NCBI GenBank assembly: GCA_009914755.4
Contig: CP068257.2
Span: 22,400,001-22,464,000 of the forward strand
DNA: 64,000 bases
Source of the DNA: the human T2T-CHM13v2.0 reference genome, Homo sapiens
Direction of reading: 5' to 3'
A model generated the notes under the pieces. That model was not told the origin of the DNA and ran no database searches. It saw nothing but the letters and a program-made list of their open reading frames with translations. A program made the translations under genes and the position numbers. Shown piece after piece: positions 1 through 15,233 of this stretch. The number at the start of each line of letters is the position of its first letter. The first letter of the stretch is position 1.

Positions 1-57
1 TCAGGAATACCACAGATACTAATGGGCAGGTTGCAGGTAGTCTTAAGAAAATTTCCA

Positions 58-337
58 GGCTGGGCGTAGTGGCTCACACCTGTAATCCCAGCACTTTTGA
101 GGTCCAGAGTTTGAGATCAGCCTGACCAACATGGTGAAACCCTGTCTCTACTGAAAATACAAAAATTAGCTGGGCATGGGGGTGCATGCCTGTAGTCCAA
201 GCTGCTTGGGGATGGGGGCGCTGAAGCATGAGAATCACTTGAACCCAGAGGCAGAAGTTGCAGTGAGCCGAGATTGCACCACTACACTCCAGCCTGGGCG
301 ATAGAGTAAGACTCTGTCTAAAAAAAAAAAAAAAAAA
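58..337 (+). mobile_element. Alu SINE, full length with 17-A tail
   Basis: Begins ggctgggcgtagtggctcacacctgtaatcccagcac and ends ccagcctgggcgatagagtaagactctgtcta plus a poly(A) tail. The flanking direct repeat aaaatttcca (48-57 and 334-343) is the TSD. The ORF at 74-349 (-) is Alu-derived. Confidence 0.95.
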
Positions 338-1454
338 TTTCCAATCCACACCCCTGCAAGAAATGGAAGATGATAAAGAGGGGAAAATGCATAATTAATT
401 TTGCTCTCGTAAGAATCTCCTTAAAAATCTATATGAACAGGCAAAAAAGGCATTGATTGTCTGAAAAATTGGAAGGGATTTTGCAAAATGAACTGCTTGC
501 ATGCTTGAATTTTTTACACCTAAAGTATTTCTTGCTTTAAATCATTGTTAAGTCTTAGTTTCTGCTCCTAAAATAAGGAAATATTGAATATTTTAAGACA
601 AAACATCCAATCTAAGTATATGCTGTTCATTTAAGAAAAACACAGTTTCTCTTGAGATGGCTCAGACCTGCTAGATTTTTTTAAGCAAAATAGATAAATA
701 GAAAGATATTCAATCCAAGTTTAGGTTTAGTGCAAACACAGATAAAACGCTTGAGTTATTCTCCAAAGCTCTAGCAATTTCTTCCCATAAAACTACATCA
801 ACATAATACATTCTGTGTTTACACAGGTAAACAGAAGCAGAGGTTTGAACAAGAATCTGGTGATTTTGATCAGCATAAACATCCAGGAACTGAATTATCT
901 GAATAGCTGAGATCAAAATCTCCCTCTTTCTTTCACATCAGGTTTCCATTTATTTATTTAGAACATTTAGCTGATGATTAAGGACACGAGATTTGGGGAA
1001 AGAGGGGTTTGAATTTTTTAAAATTAATTTGTGTACAAAGGGAATATAAAGACTTAAACTTTGTTGGGTATTCACCAGATAAGAGCATTTAGCCCTGACT
1101 TAAGAAATGTAAATCAAATCTCCACATCACACAGGAGAAAGTTGACAATTATAAAAGAAAATAAAATAATGCAGTATTTTCACTAGGTCCACATTTTCAA
1201 GTTGTTTTAAGATAATACTATTTCTTTTCATAAAACAGGAGGTTCCTTTGTCAACGAATTCAACAAAGCTGTAAGCAAAGCCAATGGAAGAATATGTCAG
1301 ATACTGAGTTTATGACAGGTAAGTTGTTTGCTTTTGGAGGTGGTTGTAGATGTTGCTGGCTTAATTAGTATTGAGGGAAATGAGAAGGCTTAAGATACTT
1401 TATCCATTTAGAGGTTCAAGGTACCTAGGCCCAAATATTCCAATAAACCACATT

Positions 1455-1522
1455 TTTTTTTTTTTTTGAGACAGGAGTCTTGCTCTGTTGCCCAGGCTGG
1501 AGTGCAGTGGTGCGATATCGGC
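1455..1522 (-). mobile_element. Severely 5'-truncated Alu 3' fragment (about 55 bp plus poly-T) with TSD
   Basis: Poly(T) followed by gagacaggagtcttgctctgttgcccaggctggagtgcagtggtgcgatatcggc, which is the reverse complement of the Alu 3' end. Flanked by the direct repeat caataaaccacattttt (1441-1457 and 1523-1539). Confidence 0.8.
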
Positions 1523-3879
1523 CAATAAACCACATTTTTGCATTCAACTACATGAAATGTTGATTAAAGTCTTCGAGAATAAACAATAACATCAGCAGCA
1601 ACAACAACCATGAAATATTTCCTTCTCATTTCTAACAGTTATGACTACACTAGGATTTCTCTGTTTATAAATCTTTCCTTTTTGGGCTATCAAGTAGTCT
1701 AATCACTCTCAGTCTTAAGCTTTATTTGTTTTTACTCAGCCATTGGTTAATTGGTTCACTCAACAAACACAGTTGTGAGATGCCTACTAAACGTCAAGGT
1801 AATACTAAATAATGAGAATATACAGATTTATAACACAGAGACATCATTTCTACTATGGAGGGGGTTAACATTCTTTAATTATTAACCACTAGTATGGTAG
1901 TAAAAAGAAAATAAAATTCAACCGTTACTTTACAGTTACATTAGGATTTCAAGTTATTTTTGGTTAGAAATTAAAACAATCATGAGGCATTTAACTGGAA
2001 CTTTTATATTTAAATTAGTATTTTCTAACCTTTTTCTACTAGCGTTTTTGTTTTTTACTAATGATAAAGAGGACCATTATAAACTGGAGGGATTCAGATG
2101 TCACAACGTTATTATAAGGTTTGACTTACTGTAAAATTTCCTTACCTGGAAGGTTTAAGTCAATTACAGCCCTGCAGGGGGAGTCTTCATTATTACAAAA
2201 GGAACTTGAGAAGGGTATTTATTTGTTCTTCTGAACAAGGGCATCAATATACATATTTTGCTTACAAATGGTAGGTTTGTAATTAGGTCTCTTCTAGTAT
2301 GAACTAAACTTGAACCTTCTTATTTTGCCTAAGTGTTCTCTAAATTACATGTGTACTTTGATTTTTAGTAATTTACTTCATTGTCTCTCAAGACACTACT
2401 AGTGCTTATGATTACCTTTTTTAGCAATTGATGATCCTTAATAACTGATTTTCTAAGTGGAATACTTAAAAATTCTCACAATAAATTTTTAAAGTATAAA
2501 AGCAACAACATTTCTGATATACAGGCTCTTCTTTAGCTGCAGGGTGTGTGTAAAACTCAGTAATCTTATCTTGGTATGGATTTGACTTCCTGTAGATTAA
2601 CTGTACTTTAATCTGCTTATGTTCTGATTCTCATATTTTTCACTATTCCTTCTGATACAGTTAAACAAGCTTAGGGTGCAAAGCTTACAGTGCTATCCCT
2701 GAGACAGCAAATTAAGTAATTACTAATCAAAAGAAGAAGATGAAAGGAGAGATAGATAAGTCATTAGCATTGATTTTAACTAGCAATTCTAGGCCACCAT
2801 AAGTCAAAGAGTGAGTTCTTGGAGAGAAAGATATGGACGCTCCATCCCAGAAACATAGCAGAAAGTGGGATTTTGGGGAAAAGGAATGAGACCCCAATCT
2901 TCTAGGTTGTTCAACCCATAACTATAGTAAGTAGAGCACCAGATAACCTAGACTCTTGCTTCCCTTATGTAAAGTTTCATACTCAAATCTAGATGCCCCA
3001 TAAGGTGCAACATCAGATCTGCACCTTTGATTATAGCCTCCTTTATTCTCATACTGATTCCATTCAGATTAATATCTGCTGTATGCATATTTATATAATG
3101 ACATAAATATTGACTCTAGTAAAGAAGAAAATCAGATTTTTAATTAAATGATTAATGCTAGTAATAAAATATTTGTCTTTTATTTAAAGTTGTACACAAA
3201 TGTTGATAAAATAGTTAACTTTTAAGCTTTCTCCTGTCTCCACAAGCCAAAAGCTTTAGAAGGCTGAAGAATTTAAATATCATTTTTAAAAGCTAGTATA
3301 TGTTCCAGAATTTATTTATAAAAAGATTTTGTTGTTTTGTGCATCACTTCACAGAAAAATTAACGTCATTGGAGTTACTAAGTCAATGATTCTTGGTAGT
3401 ATAAATGGATTTTTGTGGCAACCGATATAAATTTACATAGGAAGGACTGCAGAAAGCTCGATGAAAAACCAACACCAGAAAAAAAAAAAAAAAGCAGAAA
3501 AGCCAAAATTTCTCTCCCAGGAGAAGCCATGTGCTATTAGTAGCAATGTAGCAATGCCAAGTTTGTGAAAATTAGGGTTTTGACAAATCCAATGCTAGTG
3601 GACCTTGACTGATTTTTCTGTTTTGACAAATAGCATAAGTCATTTGAATGAAGCTAATTCTGCTGACAAAAATTATGGATTTATTTCTTCTGTCATTGTA
3701 CGTTGCTCACAGGATAAAAAAAAAAAACTACTAATAAATTCATTATGTTGCATTTCTAAGCCTTGAGAATATCCTGACTTCTTTCTATTTTGTTTTTGCT
3801 TGAATATTTCAAATGTTGATTGCAAAAACGCCCCCTGCTGACCACAGCTCCCCGTTATGCATGCTGTTTGTACATGTCA

Positions 3880-4262
3880 TTGCAGCTCTTCCCATTTAGA
3901 GGTGGACTTGCTTTCTCTATCCCCTGAATCAGAGCTGGCCTTGTGACTTGATTTGGACAATAGAATGCAGGGCAGTCATGGTGTGGCATTCTGAGCCTAG
4001 TTCTCCAGAAAGCTGGCATGCTGCCACTCTCTTGGAATGCTGCCCTTTTGCCTTGGACTGGCCAGCTGTAGGATTAGAGACTACAATGAGCAGAGCTGAT
4101 GCATCTCAGCTAAGGTCATCTTAGACCAGCCAGTTCCCACTGACTCATCTCCAACATCAGCCAAATATGACCTAGATCTGCAGAGCCTTCCAAAGATCAG
4201 TCTCATGAGAAAGAATAAAATGATAATAGTTTTAAAACTCTAAGATACCGGTGTTTGGCTAC
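3880..4262 (+). repeat. Possible ancient LTR-like (MaLR/MLT-type) element; family not assigned
   Basis: The 3' part (...aataaaatgataatagttttaaaactctaagataccggtgtttggctaca) resembles the typical MLT/MER LTR 3' end (...aataaatgtttgttgtttaagccac...). By-eye resemblance only. Confidence 0.25.
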
Positions 4263-5366
4263 AAAAAATAATTAAAAATTTGAAATGAACTGCTGACTGT
4301 CATGGTATTAAATCTCACATATTTATTTAACAAATATTTACTAAAATTCGCCAAGTGCCTAGAACTCTGCAAGGCACTCCAGAGGAAATAAAAATTATAT
4401 GAAAACAAGACTTTGACCCAATTAACATAATTCTTGAGGAGAACAACACTGCATGCCCTACGCAAGTCTTGAATATTTATGTACACTTCAAATTTTCCTG
4501 ATTCATGACAATTCTCTCATTTTTAATCTAGGAATACCACCAAGACTTTCTGACTTCCAAGGGGCTTTAGAAATATTCAAATCTTCAGAGCAATCACTTC
4601 ATGGTAGTCAAATTCTAGAAAACAATGTATATCCTTGTGTTAGGACTAAATTAAAATAATTAATTAAGACATAAATATAACTAAAGTTCCTTTTAAAAAT
4701 CCTGCTCTTAAGTAAAATTATGTTAATATTACCCTGCACTAAAATATGAAAAAATAAAGTTATTCATAGCTTATTATATTATTTACTGTTTTAATCTTTC
4801 TGTTATGGTTGTTTGAATGTTAAATTTGATGCCTTTGTTTTATCATTGTACCAAGAATGATAGTTCTCAATATAAAGTGAAAGCTGCAAAAAAAAAAAAA
4901 AAGTAAGCCTTTTTGTTTTTTCCGACAGGAAATTACTTTCACACAGGCAGACTTACTAGATTAACCATTCATGGCTACCCACTTAAATGGAAAGAGACCC
5001 ACAGTAGCAGATTGTGGATCGTTCTACAACATCTTTAGCGTAAACTTAAAGGCAAAAGGAATTAGTCTTGACAAACCCCTAAACTGGTCAAGTAGAAAAA
5101 TGCCCCTGATAGAAACTTCCCTCACTATGTTGTGTTATTAGTGAAAAGAGGACAAGGGAGTAAAACAATGTTAAGAAGGAGGAAGAAAAGAGTGCATATA
5201 CCATAAAGAGCAGGCAAGTGAACCACAAATGAGGCTTCTCCATTTAGCCCAGTTCCTCCTTTTTAAGCACTACTGAACAAACTAAAGAACTTCTCTAGGC
5301 CTCCATGTGCCCTATTTTATAAAATTTTTACAAGAACCCTATGCAACTAAACTTTAAAGAGTCTTA

Positions 5367-5757
<391 letters not shown>

Positions 5758-7377
5758 CTATCACCCCCAAAATGCTATGTATAACATGGTACAGTTAAAC
5801 CTAATTAAGCATAAACATATTCCATGTGATGTTTTTAGCGTTTTATTATATTTAAAGTTGAAAATCATGTGTACATTCTGCACACACATATTAGTATATA
5901 ACCAGCCAGGCACTGGCTCTGGCTCTAAGGACTTAAGATTAATTAGACAAATGAGTTGTATTATTCTTGTATGTTTATTGGTTTATAACAATGCAACTGT
6001 CTCAGGGACTTCAAAATGGATTGAGATAGTCTGGATCACTCCAATTTACATCTTCATTATGTTATCATAGATCACGTTATCAATGTAATTAGCATAAGGG
6101 TAGAAAATTTTTTTAAAATGCTGAAGTTCTTAGTGTAATGGATGAAATAAGAAAGAAGGGAAACATGGCTAGGAGAATGAAGTATGCACACTTTTGAAAT
6201 AATCTTAGGAAAAGCTTACATTCTTGATATTTAAAAATATTTTTAGTTCTCGCATATCATTGATTATGTGAATATATAAACACATACAGAACATTTTTGC
6301 CTCCCAATTATTTAGAATGCCATTGTTTTTGTCATTTCCTTCGTCCTTAGAGTTGTATTAAACTGTATAGCAATTTATTTCAAGGTACAAATGGTGGTAA
6401 TTAAGTGGATGATAGATGAGCAGAAACTTGGGTATAATAGAATACATTAAATTTCTAGCATTTACTTCAGTGTCATTTGTCATTTCTAACAAAAAATGAT
6501 TCACCACGGGATTGTGAGAAATTTTCTATACTGGGTAGATATTGGTATCTTTAGTATAGCTCAGTTTCTGGTAAAAGCAGGAATTAATATGAGGTAATCA
6601 CTCAAGAAATTTCTAATCTAATTACTATATGATTTAAGGGGTAAAAGTCTCTAAATCTTGGAAATAACCTCTGGATTATATGCCCAAGAGCAAGTTGGCA
6701 GTACAGTAGATATTCCAGAATGAACCACTCTTCTATAGTTTACAAAAATTACAGTCACTCATAAGACGCCATAACAACCAGGACTCTAAAGCAGAGTGTA
6801 AAATAGTTATGAATGTAGTCAAGTATACACGCTATTTTCTAAAATTGCTTCTGTACATCATGTAATTTCCTCAGGTGAAGGCATCTAACATATTATGTGT
6901 GGTACCTAGGAAGAGAACTTTTCATGAACACCATCTGCATTCTGCCATTTTGTGGTCTTAATAAGAGCCTTCGCAATGCAGGGGGTGTGGAGAATTGACA
7001 GATTTTGTGCATATCCATGCTTTTTCACCATGTTTGCTATATTCATCAGAATATAAGCTTTCAGGTTTAAAAGATGAGCTGAAGTTCATTTCGCTGTGCA
7101 AATCAGCACATTAAGCAAGCCAAGCAGAAAAGCCTTCGAGGTAAACAGAAAACCTGAAAGGGGCTTTGCTCTCAACTATAATGGGAAATAAGATTTAAAC
7201 GTTAATTTGACCTAAGAGTCAGAATCAAGAAGTACAGAAAAAAAAGTCCTGAAAATGTGTATACAGTTGCACCTTAGAGTGTGAAAAATGACAGAACTTA
7301 CTTAAAAGTTAAAAAATATTCTATTAAAACTTACCATTCATGTAGGTTAAACCACTGTAACGGAAAGACTCAAAGAG

Positions 7378-7411
7378 TATTTATTTATTTATTTATTTAT
7401 TTATTTATTAA
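7378..7411. repeat. (TTTA)n microsatellite
   Basis: The sequence tatttatttatttatttatttatttatttatta. Confidence 0.9.
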
Positions 7412-7757
7412 TAGTATAGGTAGGTGTTCCTGGTTGGTAGCTAGCTCTCTTCCACATCGGGACGCAGGCTACGTTTTTAATAGTACTTTTTTGTCTTCTA
7501 GGGCCTTGCCATTGTTCATATCATAAAGCTGGTCTATCATGCCCAGTGCTTGGACAGAAGAAGAAGAGAGCAATGGAGACAGCCCACCTGCTGGGTTAAA
7601 GGCTTGAGCATTACAGCAGCACATTCAGCTCTCATTTTATTAAAAAGAATTTGGTCAAATGACCACACTGACTGCAAGAGAGGCTAGTAAAGTAGTTTTG
7701 CTGTGCATCCAGGAAGAGGAGCAGAAATGATTTTGTGCTACAGTCATCTACATGTAA

Positions 7758-8087
<330 letters not shown>

Positions 8088-8946
8088 TAATAGGCTCATT
8101 TTAAATTAATCACATTAATCACTTCTTTAAACACAATTACCGTATTTCCAAATAGGGTTACAATCTGGAGTACTGGCTGTTGGGACTCGAACATATGAAT
8201 TTTGGGGTGACACAAGTCAACTGAGTACATTCTGTACTCTCCCTAAAATAAAAGAAGTTTAAAAACAATTGCTGTCAGTCATTTGGCTGTGTCATCATCT
8301 AAGCTATCTAATGATAAGAGAAACAGCAGTAACTGTTAGCATACCGATTGTATAAACTTGGGGGATATTTATGAATACAACATCAGTGTGAATTACCAGT
8401 TTAAGGACTTTACAGAGAAAAAAGAGGAAGGAAATTTATGTCTTCAAGTCCGGATATTTAGATGTGTGCTTGAGTGAGTAGCAATCTTTCTGAACCTCAG
8501 ATTTCTTTTATGTAAAATGAAACAAACCATATAAATCTAAGTAGAAACTAAATTGCATCATTTGTCAAAATTAAAACAAGATAAAATGTGTGAAAGCATT
8601 CTGTAATATTTTAGGTGACACATATTCATACTGGACAAATTGTGAATGATTTCTGCCTTTAAAACTCAAAAAAAAAGGCTAAATTGTGGATGTTATTATT
8701 TACTATTTAAATAGTTGAATAATTTAAACTAAGCCTTTCAACAAATAATTGCCTTATAATCAATTATCCATGCCTTCTCTTTTTATGTTTAAAGGAAAAT
8801 AAAAATATCGTTATTTGCCTTTTTACTTTTATCATTTGCAGCTTCTTTGAAGAAAAATAATCTGTCAAATTTTTGGTCCTAGTATTACAGCAATTCCTTC
8901 CAAACATTTTTGGGAGTATATCTCTATCAGTAAAAAAATGATGTTA

Positions 8947-9269
<323 letters not shown>

Positions 9270-9882
9270 TTAAGTTTGCATTATATGTGTTTATATGTGC
9301 CTATGTGTGTGCATAGAAATAAATAGAAAGAAAGATATGTGTACATAGCAGTATTATATATCTTAGTGTATACATATATATATGATAAGAAATAGAATCT
9401 TTAAACAGATGAGATGAAAAAGGAAATTTTGTTAAATCAGTTAATTTTATTTACTAGAGATAGAGAACCTTTTTTCCTCACTAATATATTGCTAATACAT
9501 ATTGTTTTATAAAATGAAAAGATTACTATTAATGTATGTTTATAATAATAGTGAGAATTATGTTATTCATTTTTATGCCCCCTGAGAATATTGGCTTAAT
9601 ATTTTAAGAGACACATTTTCAAAAGTCTGGTTCCCTTTTACTTCAGTTTTCTGTAGTTTTTAGTGGATATAAGTGTTTAAAAAGATACTTTACAAAGTTA
9701 CAAAACTTATTACACACATATCAATGGTTTATTGTTCATGGTAGTGGACACAAATACATATTTCAATAATACAATAATATCAATATTTTTATCCATTTAT
9801 TATCAAGCCTTATTAAGTCATCACTTAATAAGTGATGCCTAAAAAGCTCTCTCGCTAGTAAAAAGAAAACAGTTCTACTTTC

Positions 9883-9902
9883 TTTTTTTTTTTTTTTTTT
9901 TT
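9883..9902. repeat. Poly(T) tract of 20 T. On the minus strand this is a poly(A) tail with AATAAA about 16 nt upstream.
   Basis: 20 consecutive T. See the finding on a candidate L1 3' transduction. Confidence 0.9.
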
Positions 9903-9978
9903 GACCAATACATTCCTTTTTATTCAACAGAGTTTAAGTTGGGTCTTACAGGGAATAAACATGGGTAGATTTTTTTTT

Positions 9979-10330
9979 AACCCATCAACTCATCGTTTAC
10001 ATTAGGTATTTCTCCTAATGCTATCCCTCCCCCTGCCCTCCACCCCACAACAGGCCCCGGTGTGTGATGTTCCTCTCCTTGTGTCCATGTGTTCTCATTG
10101 TTTAATTCCCACCTATGAGTGAGAACATGCGGTGTTTGGTTTTCTGTTCCTGTGTTAGTTTGCTCAAAATGATGGTTTCCAGTTGCATCCATGTCCCTGC
10201 AAAGGACATGAACTCATCCTTTTTTATGGCTGCACAGTATTCCATGGTGTATATGGGCCACGTTTTCTTAATCCACTTTCTTACTAGTCACCGCTTTCAC
10301 GATAGTGTTATCTGTGAGCTACAATTTCTA
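9979..10330 (-). mobile_element. LINE-1 3'-end fragment (ORF2 C-terminus and 3'UTR), antisense
   Basis: The sequence cccatcaactcatcgtttacattaggtatttctcctaatgctatccctccccc ... cacctatgagtgagaacatgcggtgtttggttttctg ... tccatggtgtatatgggccac is the reverse complement of the canonical L1 3' region. The ORF at 9977-10192 (-) translates the usual L1 tail peptide (...KTKHRMF-type region). The right boundary is approximate. Confidence 0.85.
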
Positions 10331-11989
10331 TGGGGGACTGTTTTTTAAGACTACTGTTCATTTTAGGAATAAGATTTTAGTTAAAACTAGAAAACTCCAC
10401 TTTCATAGGCAAACTGTAGTCCCTAGACTTACATTGAAAACAAATGAAAAATGCAAGCAACTCTGTGGAACCTTATGATTTTGAGAAAATCTTGAGTGTT
10501 CCCCAGGACATGTTCAATATCCTAATCAATATCTCCCTACTGCACAGGGGACCAGATCAGTTCTTATATTTTATATTCATTAGCATTATTCATTCCTTAA
10601 GTTTAAAATAAATTAACTATTTTAAAAATAAGTAATTACAAATGTCACAGTTTTCTACCACAATGGATAGTCTTGCATATACCTGAGTATGTCATCCTCA
10701 TATTAAGAAACCAGCAATTTTAACTCTCTCGAAAGAACTCTTAGACATCTTATCCTAGTATAAATTTGGGTCACACATTGTGATAAAGAAGAGGAAACTG
10801 TTATTAACTCTCAAGTATTGCATGGAATGGAAAATCCATAAATTCAAGGGTGTCTGTTTTTATGCGCATCATAAAAGTACATGACTACTTAAACTCTGTA
10901 TTTATAATGTTTGCTGAAAAATAGCTAACCTTGTCAGAAAGACATTTAACACTTTTTGAAGGATTCTAGAATTAAAGAAAAACTACTAAACAGGCAATTT
11001 TATTTTGAAGTTGAGTGCTTGCCTGAGAAAAGGAAAGAAATGGGAGGAAAATGTATGCATATTGAAATGTCTCAATTGCATGAAAACTTTTGATCTCTTC
11101 CTTGCCAAAAAAAAAATCAATATTTCTGATTGCATTATGTATGAAGATCTGGAATATAAGCATTCACTAATTTCACTGTATTTTCATTAATCTACAATCA
11201 AATTTCTGAATGATACAAGTTGTCCATATTATATTTGTTTAAAATATTTCCAGAGTATTTTACTCTTTATGTAGAATAAAAAATAACTGGAAACATCTTG
11301 CTAAAAGGGCTAAAAATGTATTTTTAAAGAAAATCTTCTAAAATATTCTAAGGTCTATTTAAATGTATGGAACTTATATATGCATATATACAAGTCTTTT
11401 TTTTCCTTCAAGAAAATAATTACTTTAAAAACTTTGTTTAGAAAGTTTTTTTTGGTCTTAAGGTTACTTAAAGAAATAAATAGCTTTACTTTCTAACCCA
11501 ATGCAACAGTCCTCAAAATTTCCCATTGTTAAATCATGAATAAGGTACTAAAACAATTTTTGCTGGAGCAAATCATGAAGAGTTTAGAGTACAAAAGCAA
11601 AGGGAATTATCAAGGCAACACTCATAATTCCTTCATTATTACATAGATTAAAATATTTATAGGCTTTGTACTGAAATGTTAAAAAATAATCTTTTAAAAT
11701 TCTAACATTGTTACAATATTGTGGGAAATGAAGAAAACACTATTGAGCATTCAATACGTGTTGGGCATTCTGCTGCAAATTTTTTATATGCATCTCATTT
11801 AATTTTTCCAGCAAGTATATGATGAAGGTAGTATTAGACCCACTTCATCAGAAGGAAGGTTATGTTCAGAAATTTAGTCATTGTGTCAATATCAGGGAGC
11901 TTAGAACTTGCAGATAAAAGATTGAAAATTGAGAAATACTTTATCACAAAGCATTTCCTCATTGCAATGTTAAGCAAGACTCAAATTAT

Positions 11990-12270
11990 CTGGTCGTTGG
12001 GCAAAAATTTTAAGCTGATGCTATTTTCAACTAGGCCAGGGATTCTCTACTTTACAGCTATTGACATTTCAGGCCTGGCAATTCTTTATTGCTGGACTCT
12101 GTGCTGTGCAGTGCGGAAGGTTTAGCAGCAACTTTGGCATATTTTACAGATGTCAGTAACACACCTGACCCAACCCAATTCTAACAAACAAAAATGTCTC
12201 CAGACATTGCAAAATGTGTTTTCTGGGGGGGCAAACTTGCCTCTGGTTGAGACCCATCAAGCAGTAGAAT
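11990..12270. repeat. Ancient mammalian interspersed repeat; family not assigned
   Basis: Contains motifs I recognise as recurring in old human repeats: agctattgacatttcaggcctggcaattctttattgctgg ... caaacaaaaatgtctccagacattgcaaaatgtgttttctggggggcaaacttgcctctggttgagacccat. I cannot name the family confidently. Confidence 0.4.
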
Positions 12271-13323
12271 AGGATGAGAGTCAGATCTTCATCCTGCCCA
12301 TATTCTACCCTTCCTTCTTCCCTCTGTGCATGTGCACATTCATCAACACACACAGATGCACACACACAGAATTAGAACTAACATCAAAGAGAGTAAGACT
12401 ATAACATTTACAACCTAGTAAAAGAAAGCAAAAAATAGTATCTGAATCCACTCACATAAATTATAAATCAATAGTCACAATACAATTTTTTTGAGAATCT
12501 GAACAGAAACTTCATGAGAAGAAGAATCATCTCATCAAGAAATCTTCCGCTGCCACTCTAAATTTAGTTTTCAAATCTCAGCATGTCCACTAATTATTTA
12601 GGGAGCAAATATTATATTAAAAAATGTATAAAGGGGTGATGACATGTAATGCCCCAAATGGTATGTTGATAAATCCAGAATAAACAAAAATGTTACTAAT
12701 CTACAAATAATTCATCAGAGATAAATCCAAGAAAATCATTTTGCATCTTACCTTATAGGTAAGTAAATAAATAAATGTTCTGCAATAGTCACAGTTTCTC
12801 AAAATACTTAATATTAATCAGATTGACTGGGTGATTTTGAACCCCATTTGGTGAACTGCTACCTGCAAGGAAAAATCAAGGTTCTGGACACTTAGTCACT
12901 TCTCATTGACACTGTCTACTTTCCTAACTCTTCTTAAGGCGAAAAATCTCTAGTCTGAATCAATGGCAAAATAAAGTTCTCAAGGACCCACAAAGAGAAG
13001 GCAATGAGATGTATACTAGGATATAAAAGTTTTAAAGGGAAGAGTAAATGAGAGTCAAAAGTTCATTTTCTTTCTGCGGGTTTATTTTTCTTTCTCCTAT
13101 TATTGCCATAAAATATTCAGGGCCAGGGAAGGTTTTAATGGTAGCAATGCTTCCAGCCTCTTTAGGGAAAGAGGACAGAGATAATCAAGCTCACATAAGG
13201 GCCAGTCTACATATCACCTATGTATTTATTGCTGATTCACTATGAATTATTTTACACTACATGATCCAAAATGTCACTTTTGTGATCAGATAATTCTAAT
13301 GCTGGCTATCAGTTTTGAAAACT

Positions 13324-13378
13324 AAAAAAAAAAAACAACAACAAAAACAAACAACCAAAAAAACAAAACACAAAAACC
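13324..13378. repeat. A-rich low-complexity tract
   Basis: aaaaaaaaaaaacaacaacaaaaacaaacaaccaaaaaaacaaaacacaaaaacc. It could be the degraded tail of an unrecognised retroelement immediately upstream. Confidence 0.8.
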
Positions 13379-14473
13379 ACCTTTGTGTAAACTTGATTCA
13401 TCCTTCAGGCCAAGGGAAGAACTCAGCTTCCAAATGGAGGCAGTGGAGAAGGAGACAGTGTTGTTATCTACATGGAATTTGTTAAATTTTATTTCTCTCT
13501 CTGTTTTTATGTCTTTTCTTCTTTGAATTTTCCTTCCTACATCATTTATCTTACATATACTCTCCTTCACCTAACTACTGAAGGGATTTTTGTTGCAAAC
13601 AAATCTGCTCCTTTTTATCTCCTGTCTTTTATTTCCCTGCAGAATTTCCATTTTCCCTCCACTGAAACCTGGATCAATGGCTTCCCACTGACTCTGGATG
13701 ATTTGCCATACTTGGTGACCTTAACATTTTCTTGGAAGTTTTAGCTCAAACAACAGCCTCTCAGTTCCTTCATCTAATTCCCGCTAGTGACTTTCTCAGC
13801 CGTTCCTCATCAGCCAACTGCAGATAAAGTCTTAACTACTTCACCTCAAAAATCACTATCTCAACCTCCTGCTCTCTGACTATATCCATGTATTTATGAA
13901 ACACTCACTGTTCTCGTAAGAAGCTCTGCTCCACTAACCTCTCTATTGTCACTCACTTAATCAGCTTGGTCCTTCCTTCATTCTACCATCACCTAACTTA
14001 GATCCTGTGGTTTATAATTCCTAAAACATTACTGAAAATGTGCAGAAAACTAGTGCTTCTCAAATGATCTGTGATCAAAGACATTGTTTTGTTGTTGTCA
14101 GTGATGATGGAGAGGATGGCCTTGTTTATAAATCACGGTGGGACAGCACTTTTATAAAATACAATTAAAAATAAATTATTAAATAATACAGTGTAAAAGT
14201 CCCCAAAGGCACACAAAACACTGCTGTCAATTTGTTATTAGAAGCTTCAACCGATAAAATATGTTTAACTTGAAATCACATTTCATAACTTTTACTCTCA
14301 TTTTCTGGAAAGTGCGTTTCTTGCTAAAGACTGGTAACAAACCATGTGCAAACTAATGCCAGTTTGTGTGCTATTTTGAACAGTGTAGGCTTGACCTCTC
14401 TTCCCCCTATAGCTTTTCTTTGCACATGTCTGCCAAACTCCGGTCCCCAGTGATCTGCCTTTCCCTGTGCCTC

Positions 14474-15233
<760 letters not shown>

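Noticed and set aside
7030-7150. A possible small exon: a polypyrimidine tract with cag acceptor at about 7050, and a GAG|GTAAAC donor at about 7139.
   Set aside because: Stop codons occur in all three forward frames between the putative splice sites, and there are no supporting features. Splice-like hexamers occur by chance at this density. At best it is a non-coding exon, which cannot be supported from sequence alone.
11990-12270. Assigning the repeats at 11990-12270 and 28634-28973 to named families (for example MER5 or Charlie).
   Set aside because: I recognise the consensus-like strings but cannot recall the family names reliably. I left them as unassigned ancient repeats rather than guess.
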